Shown: positions 25,691-39,827, counted from the first letter of the stretch. The stretch: DNA of 64,000 bases from Octopus vulgaris (GCA_951406725.2 OX597833.1:37324001-37388000), one strand, 5' to 3'. The notes: generated by a model not told the origin, from the sequence alone. Made by a program: numbers and translations.

Positions 25691-27670
25691 ACGAGTGAGC
25701 AGTGTGGTTGTGTATGTATTTATATATGTAAACTCTATAATCCGTTCAAGAAATATTAGGTTTACAAGAGCTAAATTGAAATGAATTAAATTAGGTATAA
25801 TACTTAAGGAATAGATAAGAAGTAAGTACATAGTATGTTATATCAGAGAGGAAGTGGAAGAATCTATAAGAAAAGAATGCTGTCATTAATGTTAGGCAAG
25901 TAGTTTATGTAGAATTTTTTGGGGAAATTCTAAGCATTTTATTAAATGTGAACATGAAATTAATAACTCATTATACTTATTGAAGTTACAATTGAGATTT
26001 TCTAGTGTCTCCCCCAAGCACAAATTACTGTTACTACTGTCTCTTTGTAAGGAAAAGCATTACCTATAATAGACGATGAAAAGAAATTGTCTATTTTCTT
26101 TTGAGGTCCCAGATGGACTTGGTTAATGAAGTGCAATTTTCTTTTGTATTTAAAAGAATTAACATGGTTATGTAATTAGGCCTTGAATTTTGAACTGGTA
26201 TTTCCTATGTAATAATTGGCATTCAGATGTTTTGACTGAGCACTTAACCAATGTCTGAGAAATAGTCTCTCTGAAGGGTTTTCTTAACTCAAGGTTACCT
26301 CCTTTGGCACTCCCTACTGGGGAAGGCTAGAAATGCATTGAAGAATCCAACAAATGTTGCCACTGAGCTGATAATAGTGTATTTACACTTTCTGCTATGA
26401 GCAAGAATTTTTTCTGTGGTAAACTACAATAAAATTGCCTTTAGAAGTTAAATGTCACCTATATATTTGAACCTAAAGTTTGTTTATTTCTCATCAGCGC
26501 TTCATGCTAGTAATGTATTTGTTCATACCAGGAGATCTACGAGTAAAAAAAATCAGTCACTATTGACTGACTTATTATAAGGCTACATCTTTCTGTTAGC
26601 GCAGGGTTACCTCTCTTGGTATCCCTTACAGAGGAGGCATAACAAACCAGAAATAATTTTTTGACCACTTTTCCAACTAGCATGATTTAAAGAAGTCCTC
26701 TTGAACACATCTCACCACTTGTTGCATTCGTTTTGTCACCTTTTTTTGTAAGCTTCAGCTTCCAGAGATCAGTCTTCATCACTACTCAGTTCCAAGTCTT
26801 GCCATTGATCCTTCTTATACCCAATTCTCTTGGTTCTTCTCTGCTTTGTCATTCATGTACATTAACATTACATATTCAGTAGATCATGCCTCATTTTTTT
26901 CCAGTTTTCACACATCTGCATTCAGTGACCACATCTTATGCATCATAACATTTTCTACACATGCAATGGTAATAGCCACTTGAACTTTTTATACCTTAAT
27001 CTAATTCTGGTCACTACACTTTCAGTACACCCTTCTCTACTGCTGATTAGGTCATCTAGTGAACAGGAGCTTTCTATTTCTAGAGAACCTTCTGAGCATT
27101 GCAAACAATTTTACTGGTACTCTGAAGGATTACTACAAATGTACATCTAGCATAAACATCTATCAGTCTACCTTCAATTCCACTACACTTCTTGTGCAAC
27201 CAAAGTTTACATAGGATACACTGCATGGATTTTACCAACATTTTTGGATACTAGGCAGTCAAGTGTTATCAAGTGTCCTACAATCTTTCACATACACCTG
27301 TATGCATGTACACTCATACTTACTGTAAGGTGTGCATGTTTTTAAGTACCAACAGTTGCTAGACAAAATTAATCATTGCCATTTTTATTTTATCACTCAT
27401 CCAACTATAATGTTTACCCAATTGGTTTAATCAAAAATACTTTATTGTATATTTTCTGTTGAAATAGACAAGGGTACACAATTTGGAAAATGAGCATAAA
27501 ATTATCTCAAGAAGCTGATTATAGAAAATGCATATATACAATTATGTATGAATGCAAGTCAGAAAGTGAAACTTGATACAGTTCTCTGGTTTGGCAACTC
27601 CTGTCAAATTATCCAACCCATGCTATCATGGAAAATGGATGTTAAATGGTGATGATAACAGTGGTACTTG

Positions 27671-27701
<31 letters not shown>

Positions 27702-28386
27702 AATCACTTAACATCTGCTATTTCATACTTACATGGATCAAACAGAATTTGTTGAGGTAAATCTACAACCAAAAGAATTTCCTGCTCCAACCCTTGCCTG
27801 TTTCCAGGCAAAGGTAATATTTCCTGTGGCTAGACAGGTATTTCATGGAAGACTTCAACTAAACAACATACCTTGTATGACAGTGATGTTCATTTACAAA
27901 TATTACATGATGTCAAGGCAAAGGTACACACAAACACACACACACACACGTGTGTGTGTGTGTGTGTGATGGGCTTCTTTCAGTTTCAATCACTCAAAGC
28001 CTTGGTCAACCAAGAGCTATAGTAGAAGACATTTGCCTAAAGTACCACACATTGAGATTGAACCCGAGACTACACATTTAGGAAGCACACAACTAACACA
28101 CATATATAACATATGCATATATATACATACATATATAAAATAACAAAAAGTAAAATGAAAAATAAAAAAAAACAAACAATGGAAGAAGCTGGAATGTTTA
28201 TCTAATATGTTTCTTAAAAAAATTAAACAAAAGTAGTAGTAAAATAGCATTAACCAAGCTTGCTTGTGCCTCCCCCTTTGTCAAGAGAGAGATCACGAAT
28301 GTTCCTGTTTTTGTTTCTTTTCTTTCTTTTTTCCTATAAAACTTGCTTGGGGTAGCAATTCAGAACTTAAGAAAACAGCGTGTGTA

Positions 28387-28424
<38 letters not shown>

Positions 28425-28939
28425 GTACATTATATAAAACAAAAAAACAACAAAAAATAAACAGAAAGCCAGAATGTGTATCTGTGAGCAAAAGAAAATT
28501 TTGTTAATGGAAGAGAAATTGTTGAAATGCATATTTTAAAAAGATATTTACTTTCTCTTAAATGTTGACGTAATGGGGTAGTTTTTTTTTTTACTTGTTT
28601 AAAAAGGAGCATAAACAAACCATATACAAAATGAAAGAAATGGCACATGGTGGTATGAAGAGAAAATCTAATATATTCGGCAAGACTTATTGCAGAATGA
28701 CAAAAGGGCTTGATGAAGGCCTTCAAAAAAAAAAAAAAATGTCTGACTCGAGGTGTTAGATTTTTTCTTCCCTTGTTACAACATACTTCACTTTCTTAAA
28801 CATATTTGAATCAAATCTCACTGGTGCTGACCATCACTAGCCTCCTTGAATTCTAGGAGTTATATTTAAAGGAAGTTTTACAGGAGCGAACCTAAAATCT
28901 TGGTATGATAAAGCAGCACTAAGAATCAGTAATGTAGAA

Positions 28940-30992
28940 AAACAATAAAAATATAATGTTTATTCACTCAATGTTGCTATGAAGCAGTAGACTTAAAACT
29001 AAAAATTTGGTAAATTTACACTATGAAATACAACACTAAAATTTCAAAATGTGTAAGGGGTTCAGAGGAGTTGGCAGAATATATATTATCTTAGACATGT
29101 ATATTTCAGTTGAACTTCAAGTGAGTTTTGGACAGTAATTATCTAATTCAGGGATTCCCATCTTATAGGTCAGAGGTAAGATGTTGCTAAGAGTTTTTTT
29201 TATATAACCCTTTATATATGTATTTGTTCATGTGTGTGACTGAAAGAGTGAGTAACAGTAACATCGCAATAATAACATTGATGTCTATGTTGTTACTCAC
29301 ATTCCTATCATGTTGTCTGTGACACCAAAAATAGATAAGCACCCTGTATTAGTTAAGCTAAACTATACAAAACCTAAACTCAAGCAAGATTGTGGGAAAA
29401 TGCAGAGAACAGAAATTATAAGGTGATATTATTGAGTGTTTCAGCACAGAATGAAATGTATTATGTGCAAAAGTAATTCCTGTAAATATGCTCAAAGAAA
29501 AAGCTTGTCTTTCAAAGAGCTAATTTGAAGAGAGTTCTTGCAAGTAGCCAAATGCTATTGAATATTCAGACAAAAACACCAATACAGATCCGATGGTTCA
29601 AGAAAAATGATAATGATTATGATGATGGTAATGATAATGCTGCTAGTGATGATGATGATGTCATTTAGACTATTAATCTTGAAATTTTCAAGAATATTTA
29701 CTATTAAGAGAAAACCGTCATGGAATCACAAGACATAAAAAGCAGTTTCAACAACCATGGGAGTGTTGCAGCAGTTTGTGCATGTTACATGATGCAGGAA
29801 ATTCCCCCCCACCCACCCACTCCTCTAGGCTCACTTGGAGTCAGTCTGCGAGTAAACAGTAAACAAAGTTATGTAACTCAATTGACATACATTGAGTGAA
29901 GGGAGATAATTCAAGCAAGCGCCTTGCCCTGCCACCAAATTTCACAACTTATAAGAAAATTTTGTTTTAGTTAATTCCAAGGTTATTAATTATTCTCTGA
30001 TTATCTTTTACTGTAGCAGAAGTGGGGATCTGAGGAATTTACTGAAGCAGCAGTATGTAAAGAGTGAATTTTTCAATAGCAAGTTCAATATTTTGTGTTT
30101 ATAGAGGGATTTTCAAAACGTATCATACAAATACGGGGCAACTGGGGTGGTTATGATTTTAGAGAATCATATTTATGATTTTACAGGAATATAATGGTTA
30201 TCTAAATAGTTAAGCTTTTACAAAAATAAAAAATGAATCAAAAATATAAAATGCCTTTTTTTTTTTTTTCCATTTTCAAATGCAGAAATATATTCACAAA
30301 CAAAATGAGAAACAAAAAAATTAAAATTAAAATTAAAGGAAATTGAGAAATTAAAGAGGATAAATTTAACATCTTGATAAAATTTTAAAAGTAAGGAGTG
30401 TGCTTGTTTGTATGTATACGTGAAAGTTTGAGAGTTTAAAAAAAACAGGTGAAAGAAGTATTTTTAAATTCTCCACAACTACTTACAAACCAGCAATAAA
30501 AAAGAATTGCTAACAGGAAAGGAGAAAGGAATGAAATGCTGTTGACTGAGGAGAGAAAGAAGAGAAAGAACACAGCATTATTTTATTTTTTATGGTTGAA
30601 CTTATATTTGAGAGAGAGAGAGAGAGACAGAGAGTTTAGTGATATCCATAGATTAGCAGCTTTTTTATCTAGGGAAAAATAGTAGTGATTTTATAGAACA
30701 GCTGGAAGAGGGCAGCAAGGCAACAGAACAGCAAAAAGAAATGTAACCATGTTGACCACTCTGGCTGAAATGACCAGTGCGGCTTTAAGACACTTTGGTC
30801 AAATTGTTGATTGATGTTGAATAATGGAGAATGGAGAGAAGAGGTGGATTTTAGACATTTGCTCCACATGCTTTACACAATTTCATTAGTCTCAATTCAT
30901 CTGTTTCAGGTCAAATGGGTTGCTGCTGCTGTCCTTCCATGGGAGAAATTTAGGCTGATAACATTGGTAGAGGATTCAAGCTTTGGCAGCTC
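28940..30992 (-). other. Probable terminal exon / 3' UTR of the IgSF gene (begins GA, completing a T|GA stop)
   Basis: Very strong acceptor (about 35-nt pyrimidine tract, ttccacag|GA) at 30993; U-rich, TE-poor sequence follows; AATAAA on the - strand at 28964-28959. The 3' end position is uncertain. Confidence 0.55.
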
Positions 30993-31169
30993 CTGTGGAA
31001 ATTGAAAGAAAAACAAAAAAGAGAGAAAAAAACTTTAAATTTTATAAACACATATAAGAGTGGTGAATAGCCTTGGATTTGGAAAGTCCACATTTCCTAT
31101 AAATAAAACAAAAGCATGTCTCAAACACCTTCTGTTACTGTTATGACATGAGTTTGAATTAATTACTGA

Positions 31170-31580
31170 CAGAATATGATTTAAATACAGAGTATTTAAA
31201 CCAGACAAGAGTATGGTTTAAATACAGATAGAGTGAACAATGGCTTAAATGCAATTAGAGTGGAGTAGGATTTAAATAATGAAAACAGGAGTATGGTTTA
31301 AATCATGAATGCAGGAATATGGTTTAAAATACTGAAGACAGGAGTATGGTTTAAATATTGAAAAAAGGAGTATGGTTCAAATAGGAGTATGGTTTAAAAT
31401 ACTGAAGACAGGAGTATAATTTAAATACAGATTAAGTGGAGTAGAGTATAAATAATGAAAACGGGTTTAAATATTGAAAACAGGAGTATGGCTTAATATG
31501 TTGAAAACAAGAGTATGGTCTAAAATACTGAACACAAGAGAACAGTTTATATGCTGACAAGATATGAGTATCATTTAAAT
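31170..31580. repeat. Minisatellite, about 27-bp unit, roughly 14 degenerate copies
   Basis: Unit approximately caggagtatggtttaaatactgaaga. Confidence 0.85.
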
Positions 31581-34474
31581 GCTAAAGAACTCAACAGTTG
31601 CTTAAATATAAATTACGAAATCTACCACTAGCAACTTACAAATATTTTTTATCTTAAAAACTAATTTATATGAAGTAGCTAAGAAAGCTGCATATTAGAA
31701 ATATCTAATATGAATCAATCGTCTACATCAATCATATTTTCATATATTATCCCAATCAATAACTGTTCAATGAAAAATTACTTTTAATAAAGTCAAGAAA
31801 TAATCCAAGTGAAACTTTTCAAAACACATGCATTTGTTATATCAAGCTGTATATGCTGGTTTCAATGACTAAAAGTATCTGATGCTTTTTTAAAAAGCTG
31901 CTCTAATGCATTGAAGCCATATGTATTAATTTTTTCAGTAAAACTAACTTTATCCTCAAGAATTTGCATTTGTGAGTGGGCTCCATTTCTCTTAAGAATG
32001 AACATAACAATGAAAATTGCTATATACTCAAGTAGTGGTACAGTTTTATACTTGGATACATACCTACAGTTTTTTTTTAAGCAGAAATCATAAAACTTAC
32101 CACTGTTAATTTAGTAATATTTTGTAGCTGCTTAAAACTGAAAAATTCATTTGAAACAACCAAGAAATGCAGCATATTAGTTTTTAGGAAGTGAACACTA
32201 ACAGTTCAATCAGTAAAGTACTAATATCACTAAAACCTACTTTAGTAAGTTTAGTTGTAACAATGAATTATTCTTTTGAATTAGTTTCTGATGTTGTAGG
32301 GCAAATTTTGCAGATAGCAAATAAGAGAATGTTCTCTTAAGTTTAAATCATCTGTTCCAATAAATCAAATCAGCTCCTCCAAAGTCAGACTTGTTCTTGA
32401 CTTTTCCCTCCAGGTTCAGGCTCATTCATCCCGAGCCAAACTAGTTCTTCCACAGAAAGACTTGTTTCTCCAATGTCAAACATTTTTCAAAAGTTTCAAT
32501 TCATTTTACAAGATTTGGGGTCAATTTGGTATGTGGTTGATATTATATCAAATATTAGTTCACCATTTCCACAGATTAATATATTTAACAGAAAATCAGT
32601 TACTTGTGAGACTTGATAAACTTTTAATTCCATTTTTAAGAGAAGCCATTTTACAAAGGAATATTTTAGAATTCCTGTAAATGTTGATGTTATTCAATCG
32701 GAAAAAGTGAGTAGATTTAGCTGTTAGATGTTGATATGTGAAGAAAGTGAATTGTTGTTTGCATGTAGCATTAATACAAAAAGCAAAGAAAGCCAAAGTT
32801 GTAATTCTGCTCAGCTTCAATATACCCATAGTTTAGAAATAAAGTTCTCTAGTTCAAATCCAGTACAGTACTATGAACATATCCAGGAACAAGATGCCTG
32901 ATGATGATAACTGGAGATCAAACAGATTGAAAAAGTAGTGGAGGTATATTTAAAGAAAATATTTTATCTCAATTATATTTCAGACTATTAATTTTCTTAA
33001 TCTTGTTCATCTTTCAGTCATGATCAAAAGTGCTCCAAGCATGACCACCTGTCCTTTTGCAAATAGTTTATCATGAACTACACTTCCTGATGTATACATT
33101 TTCCAGTTGTTTGATGAAGGCTTTGCTGCTATTTCTAAAATATTCAGCAATCAAGTAAAGCTTCCGTCACTAGCTCAAGACCAAGGAGACAAAATTAACT
33201 AGTGTACTAGACAAGTATAAACTTAACCTATTTCAATGCTACATTGTACTACACTGAGTATAGTAATAATTATTTATGATAGAAACATATGGAACAGATA
33301 TTTTTGGCCTGGAACAAATAGAAATAATACTCCAATGTTGACAAAAAGTGAAGAGGGACCATAGAGGGAATAGAGCAGAGATGCGGACACTAGTAGAAAT
33401 GAGAGATGCTTTATTGGAAGTGTCAGAAATACACGGAAGAAACAATAGTAAACTAATATAGTTTACTATATAGTATTACAGTTCCAATGAATTGATTAGT
33501 AATGAAGTTTGGATCCACTCATCATTTGAAAGCAGCCTTGTCAACTGATAAATGAAATGATTTGAAACAAGTATTAACCCCGTGCATCAGAAAGTTATGA
33601 TCCAAGATTTTAATTTAATGAAGTTCACATGACATACATTTGAGACTTTTGAGTAATTACAAATATATTCACCAGAGGTACACAGCCATGTGTGCAGTCA
33701 TAATAGAAAGATTTCATTCTCTTCTTAAAAGCAACAACATCAAATGAGACCAAGAAAGATACACTTTTTGCAACAAAGTGTTATAAAAATAATATTATAA
33801 AAAGCTTATACAATTATATAGTCAACAAAATAGGATGAACACTGAGACTAAATAATGAGAAATAAACAATTCATTCAATATTTTGATATCATAGCAGAAG
33901 GAAAAGTTTGAAATAAAAAATGTTAAATGTAAACAATATCAAAATGATGAAAGCAATGGAGGGAGGGATGAATGCAATGTGTAAGGAGGAGGTGAGGTGT
34001 GACATTGAAATCAGCCAATAAACTTGACATTCAATTGTGTAAATGAATTAAAGGAGGATCACACATTTACAATAATCAATTATAGCAAAGAGCTGAGGCA
34101 GGTATCAAAGCATATCCTGCACACCATCAACTTGTGTTGATCTTTATTTCTATAAAATAAGGTTTGATAACTGTGGCCTATAGAGTCTGATACCTTTTCC
34201 AAATACTAACTCAAGGATGAAACGGAATATTGGGTTTGAACTCAGTGTCTAAATCAACATCAGGAAAGAGTTAATGCTGAAGTAACTACAACTGAATGAT
34301 GAACAGTGGGTGACAACTGCTCCAAAAGAATAAACTAACATACCACAGCAAAGTTTATGACAGAAAATGACACTAATGTATGTTTATAACTACAACCTAC
34401 ACCAAAATTTTCCTGAACTGCATAAAGCTACAAAATATTAAATGTCTCTTTTACATAACACTTTTACATAAACA

Positions 34475-34760
34475 GTGAAGGCACATGGCCTCATGGTCAG
34501 AATGTTGCATTCACAACCACGAGATCATAGTTTTGACTACCAGACTGGCTTGTGATCTTGAGCAAAACAATTCCTTATTGCTCCACTCACTTGTAAATGG
34601 GTAATCCTTTGATCGATTGCCATTCCATTCAGGGGAATGTTGGCCTGCTTGCCCAGTAAGTGGCATGACATCATTTGAAAGTTAAAATGATGTGTAGTGC
34701 ATTGTGAACAACAGTGTATAACATCCAGTAGTCTGGTCAATTCAGTGATACTAAAGTAGG
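34475..34760 (+). mobile_element. tRNA-derived SINE related to family C, degraded
   Basis: Head gaaggcacatggcctcatggtcagaatg...tcttgagcaaaaca resembles the 46916-46830 head. Confidence 0.55.
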
Positions 34761-35546
34761 ATACACAACACAATGACACAGTTACATGATCAACCGTTTC
34801 TTTGAGTTTAATATTTAAGTATATCTAAAAACACTATTGAAGAACAGCAGGCATTCTGTATTGACTGTATGGTTAACATGAAAACTCTTGGACACAAAGA
34901 AGACTGAAATAGATGAAACACAAAACCCTGTTTAATCACAGACATGTTTGTGGTCAGTGCTTAAGGCATTAATAATATATTAATTATCATAACACTAACA
35001 TTAATCTGGAATGCCTAATGTTATTAAAAAGTGAAGTAAATAAATAGAATCAGTAATTGATTCCCTAGATATCAGTGCTTCCCTTGACTTTTAAATATAA
35101 TATAAAGGACAAACTGATCGAAGGATAAAAGCAAGAGTTCCTAATTGAAGAGACTTGATTTGAGGCATTCCTGCTTTGACAATCCCATCTTTTTGAATAT
35201 CTAAAACTACACTGTCCTTGTTTTAAGACAGCAGAGTGTGGTTCGAGGGAATTCGGCTGCAGCTATTATTAATAGTGACCACACAAATATCACCTCGTTG
35301 GATAGTGTTATGGTTTTAAACAACTCAAATCCCTTAGGAATAATACTGATATTTTACTGTATGTAAGAAATCCATTGTAAAAGCTAAAAGTTATCAGAAT
35401 GACAGGTGACACCTATTCCATAAGAATAAAACAAACATGACAGAGTGATGTCATTAAGCTTACTGAGAGAACCAACATCACTGCCAGTTGAAGACAAACC
35501 AGTTTATCATGTGGTTGTTGAAATAAGAGGCAACTACTTAAATCTG

Positions 35547-36859
35547 TGTGGGGATGAGCCAGAAGAAGAGGGTCATGACATCAATGGTCAAGGGGCTGAC
35601 CGGAAGAGGAAGCATGAGAAGGGAAGTGGAGGGAGAGAGGTAAGCGTTGTTCTCCTTTTTCCCGCTGGATGCATCACAAATAGATGTAAGGGAACTGGCT
35701 CCTGGGTTGGTCAGGTAGCAGCTGCTTATACTGGGTGACAGGGGTAGGGCAGGATCGTCAGAGAGATTACTACTAGACAGTGGTTGGGAACTGTGATAGG
35801 TGTCAATCCATCGACCTTGCTCCTGGAGATGACAGGCAGTGGATGTAACACACTACTGGCAGGGGATATATCTCTTGGTGGTTGACTGAGGACCAGGCCA
35901 TATCTCCATTTGGAGGGAACTGAGAGCATGCATTGCAGCAGAATGGCACGTATTCTAAACAAGGTATTCTTAGAGTGGGGCCCTGTGGATGATTTGTTGA
36001 TGGACAACAGCACAGTGTTTCGTTCAGAGGCACTGAAAGAGATGCTTGACAGGTGGTAAGTGCACCGCTTTTTCAGAGTGGCATACAGGCCAAGTGGAAA
36101 TGGGATCGTGGAAAGACATCATCAAACGATCAAGGCCATGGCAGAGAGGGGACACATCTCGCCGCTGGAAGCAGTATTCTGGTATAATATGTTGCCCCAA
36201 TCAGAACAGGCCGACGAGTCTGTGCCACATAGAGTGATATTCAAATATGAATGGTGGCATCCGAGTAAATCATTGGGATACCCTGAGGAAGTGAGAGGGC
36301 CCATATTCATGGAGGTAGGAGATAAATTCTGGGTCAAGTCACCAAAGGCATGCTGCACAACTCAGTGGAACAGATGAATAGTGACAGCTGTCAATTCCAA
36401 AAACAACATTTCTTAGTTGTTCATAGGATTGTTGCTTCATTGGATGATGACTGGAGGAGAGGAAGAGAATGAGGCTCCCAGCTTAAGAAGATCACAACTT
36501 ACAAAACACCCACCCGGGTGGGTGGTAGATTTCGACATGGAGTGAAGTGAGGAGGTGATCTTTGAGATCAGGGGGACGTGTAGGGATGAGCTGGAAGAAG
36601 AGGATCATGCCATTAATGGTCAAGGGGCTGACCGGAGGTGGAAGTGTGAGAAGTGGGGGAAGAGAGGCAAGTATTGTCCTCTTTTTGCCCACTGGAAGCA
36701 TCACAAATGGACATAAGGGAATTCACTCCCGGATTGGTTGGATAGCAGCTGCTTATACTGGTGACAGGGGTAGGGTAGGATCATTGGAGAGATTACTACT
36801 AGACAGGTGGTTGACAAGAGGAAGGTAGGTGAACTTCTTTTAATTTCCCATCCACGACA
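35547..36859 (+). mobile_element. Internally deleted Ty3/Gypsy LTR retrotransposon with integrase remnant
   Basis: Direct repeats 35547-~35790 and 36579-36859 (TG...CA), purine tract before the 3' LTR, TSD atctg/gtctg. Integrase core DNSTVF...AYRPSGNGIVERHHQTIK with a stop codon. Confidence 0.88.
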
Positions 36860-37705
36860 GTCTGGTAAAGTGTGCACTATACCAAGTTCAATAGTGTCAA
36901 ATATAATAGTAGAAGACAAGAGAAGTGGGAGGCAAGTGGATAACTTTACTGCACAAGTAAAACAGACCGATTTACTAAACTACATCTTTACAATACAACT
37001 TACTGACTATTAATTTTAGCCTGACTAAATACTAAAATTCAGAGAAGAATTGTTTTTCAGTAAAAGCAACAATCAAAGTCAATGAAACTAAAACACAGTC
37101 CATGATGGGAGAACATCAGAGAAAATCCAAGTTTAGGTTCTCAAAAATATACAATAACTTTAATTAATGACAGCAGGTTCAACTTTTATAGGATGGTGTT
37201 AAGTGTAGAAAACCTAAACAAAACAGAACATGCAGAGGCAATAAGGAAACATTCAAATACCAACATAAATAAATACAAGATATAAAACATCTAAAGGTTT
37301 TACAGAATATAAAACCATCATGAATAAGGAAATAAAAAAAGAAAAGCCCTTTTTTCTCACAAGTCACAGAATTGTTTTATAAAATGAAGCTACAGCAGAA
37401 GAAATAAATTCATAATCAAGATGCAAAATGAACTAAAAGAAGAATAAGAAAATCATATGCAAACACTGAATAAAAACAAACAGAATTCTTTAACTGAACG
37501 TGTAACCAAACAAATGTTAGATAATGCGTTTGATTTTAGGTTTTGAATGGGTTAATATAAAATGCCAACACCAGCACACAAGTTAGATGAAAGGTGGTAA
37601 ATTGAAGCAAATGGTGAATGGGAAAATATTGAAAGTAAACAAACCCACCCCCTTTGCATAAATAGGAAAATAAAAACTGTTCTGCATAATATAGTTGTAA
37701 CTTAC

Positions 37706-37729
37706 ATGCTTCAGGATCATCTTGGTAAG
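37706..37729 (-). CDS. 24-nt cytoplasmic micro-exon (AYQDDPEA + T of next codon)
   Basis: gtcttttctttgttttag|CT TAC CAA GAT GAT CCT GAA GCA T|gtaagt; both splice sites strong, phase 1-1. Confidence 0.75.
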
Positions 37730-37759
37730 CTAAAACAAAGAAAAGACAAAGTTACTGTC

Positions 37760-38145
37760 TGTCATGTGTCAGTCCTGTGAAAAACACCATCACTGAGTGG
37801 AGACCCTCCATTAAAAAGAGTCACTGCACAAGTCCTGTGTAAAGACACGGCCACTGTGAGACAGTTTTGTGTAAAGACAGTTGTTGTGTGACAGCCCTGT
37901 ATAAAGATGCATTCATTGTGTGATAGTTTTGAGTAAAGACAACACGGTTATTGTAAGACAGCCCTGTGTAAAGATACAGTTGTCGTGTGACAGTCCTGTA
38001 TAAAGGCAACATGGTCATTGTGTGAAAGTCCTGTGTAAAGAGACACAGTTGTTGTGTGATAGTCCTGTTTAAAGGCACAAGTCATTGTGTGATAGTCTCA
38101 AGTAAAATCTTTACACACAGTCATTGTGGTAGTTCTGTGTAAATA
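37760..38145. repeat. Minisatellite, about 31-33-bp unit, roughly 12 copies
   Basis: Unit approximately gtgtgacagtcctgtgtaaagacacagtcatt. Confidence 0.85.
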
Positions 38146-38595
38146 TTAGTGGATACATAAGTCTTTATATGGTGAGAGAGTGAATTAAGTAAACTTCACT
38201 ATGACATATGTACAAGTTTTGTCCATGAGGGATCAATAGCATTGATATAAAAATCAATGTGGATATGTGTCACTTTCATTCTTCTCAGTCTTGTCTCAAT
38301 CCATCAGAGTTGAGATATTTTGTATTAGATAACCATTGGTGCATATCCAGTGTTTGTTTGGAGTTATGATAGATGGGTACTGTCTATGTCAAAGCTGAAC
38401 AAACCTAAGTATTTAAGTGAAAGCTAACCAAACCAAACAACAGGTTGTAATCAATGTCCTTAACACATAGTCACCAGACAATGGATGTGTCCCATCTTCA
38501 TGATTGTTCTTTAGCAATATGACATAGGGGTCATACAACCAACAAAGACTGTCAGTTTCCTAAGGGATATCAGATTTTTCTATTAACATAGGTGC

Positions 38596-38666
38596 TTAAG
38601 ACTCCAAGTGTTCACTTCCATAAAGAGACGAACAACTTAATAGAAGTACAGTTGCAACATCTGATT
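38596..38666 (-). CDS. Candidate alternative terminal exon (ESDVATVLLLSCSSLYGSEHLES*)
   Basis: Acceptor ctattttttttcag|AA, in phase with the 101-nt exon, ends at TAA; no other support. Confidence 0.3.
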
Positions 38667-38866
38667 CTGAAAAAAATAGGTGTTTTTTTTTTATTGGTTA
38701 ATATGTGCTGTGCTTGTATCAAGACATATTTACAGGGATTGAGCTCATGATAATAGAGAAAAAATAATAGCCAGTCTTTGTTACTTCATCAACTGTTGAC
38801 ATGTGACATCTGTAGCTTGAATAATTATAGAATAAAGAAAAATATGAAAAAGAGCAATAATAATAC

Positions 38867-38967
38867 CTGTCATTGCCTGCTTTTCTTGATCGTTTTCATT
38901 ACGAGATTCTCTATTTCTTCGTCCCCCAACTGAAGATTTATTAATATTCTTCATTGGAATATTATTG
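38867..38967 (-). CDS. 101-nt cytoplasmic exon (SNNIPMKNINKSSVGGRRNRESRNENDQEKQAMT)
   Basis: tctttactttttcag|C AAT...ACA G|gtatta; phase 2 to 1, open and hydrophilic; 34+101 nt restores frame. Confidence 0.8.
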
Positions 38968-39827
38968 CTGAAAAAGTAAAGATGTAATAAGATGATGATG
39001 GTGATAGTGATAGTGGTGGTGATGATAGTAATGATAATGAAAGTGATAATAGCAATGATGATGGTAGTGGTGATGGTTTGAAATCAGATGAAAGTTTGGT
39101 TTGAACTATAGCAAAAGCTGAAAGTACATCTCTGACTATGTTAGAAAAATCAAATGATTGCAAATTTTAGAATGCAACTCTGAAGGTTCCTTGTTCTTTC
39201 TTTTCTTCTTCTTCATCAAGTTGTTCAAGTAAAGAAGGACAGTATCCATGATCTTTGCAGGCCTCATTCTTAATTTAGTAAGGCTAATGTCCAGTCTGAA
39301 CACCTGCAGAGGATGGAACCTAGGTCTTGGTCCTAATATTTGCAATGCAATGAATGCCAATGAAGATACCTAACAATGAATTGGTCTTAAACCATGTTAG
39401 GCATAGAGTCTCAAAGGCTAATGAGTAATTCTGTGTTAACATCCTTCCTTCTATAGAATTATTAAGGGTATGTAATGCAGAAAATATTCCAATAATTTTG
39501 GTAGGTGTCTCATGGAGCAACAAATATACAAACTATTTTTTAATCCTGGTGCAATATGGTTTACATATCACTAAATTTTGCTATTTATTGCATGATCCAA
39601 TGAACCATAAGTGCTCATTTTGAGGAAATATTTTTGATGGAACACAGCTGAATTTCTTTCAAGTGCCCATAGTATAATATAAATTTCCCATCACATGCAG
39701 CTTCAAGGTAAAAACAGTTAATTTGCAGCTGCAACATAAACCAGCAGAGGGAATTTTTGTTTCTTTATAGAAGCATTATATAAATGAAGTAAACAATATT
39801 CACAAACAAAAAATATAAAATTGATAC

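Noticed and set aside
32495-32674. About 60-codon open frame after the acceptor at 32675
   Set aside because: Open only if the 37706 exon is skipped; no recognisable domain; treated only as a possible T|GA acceptor.
31170-38145. Regularly spaced ~27-33-bp repeats (also 49199-49337) resembling CRISPR arrays
   Set aside because: Contiguous tandem units without unique spacers, no cas genes, eukaryotic context.
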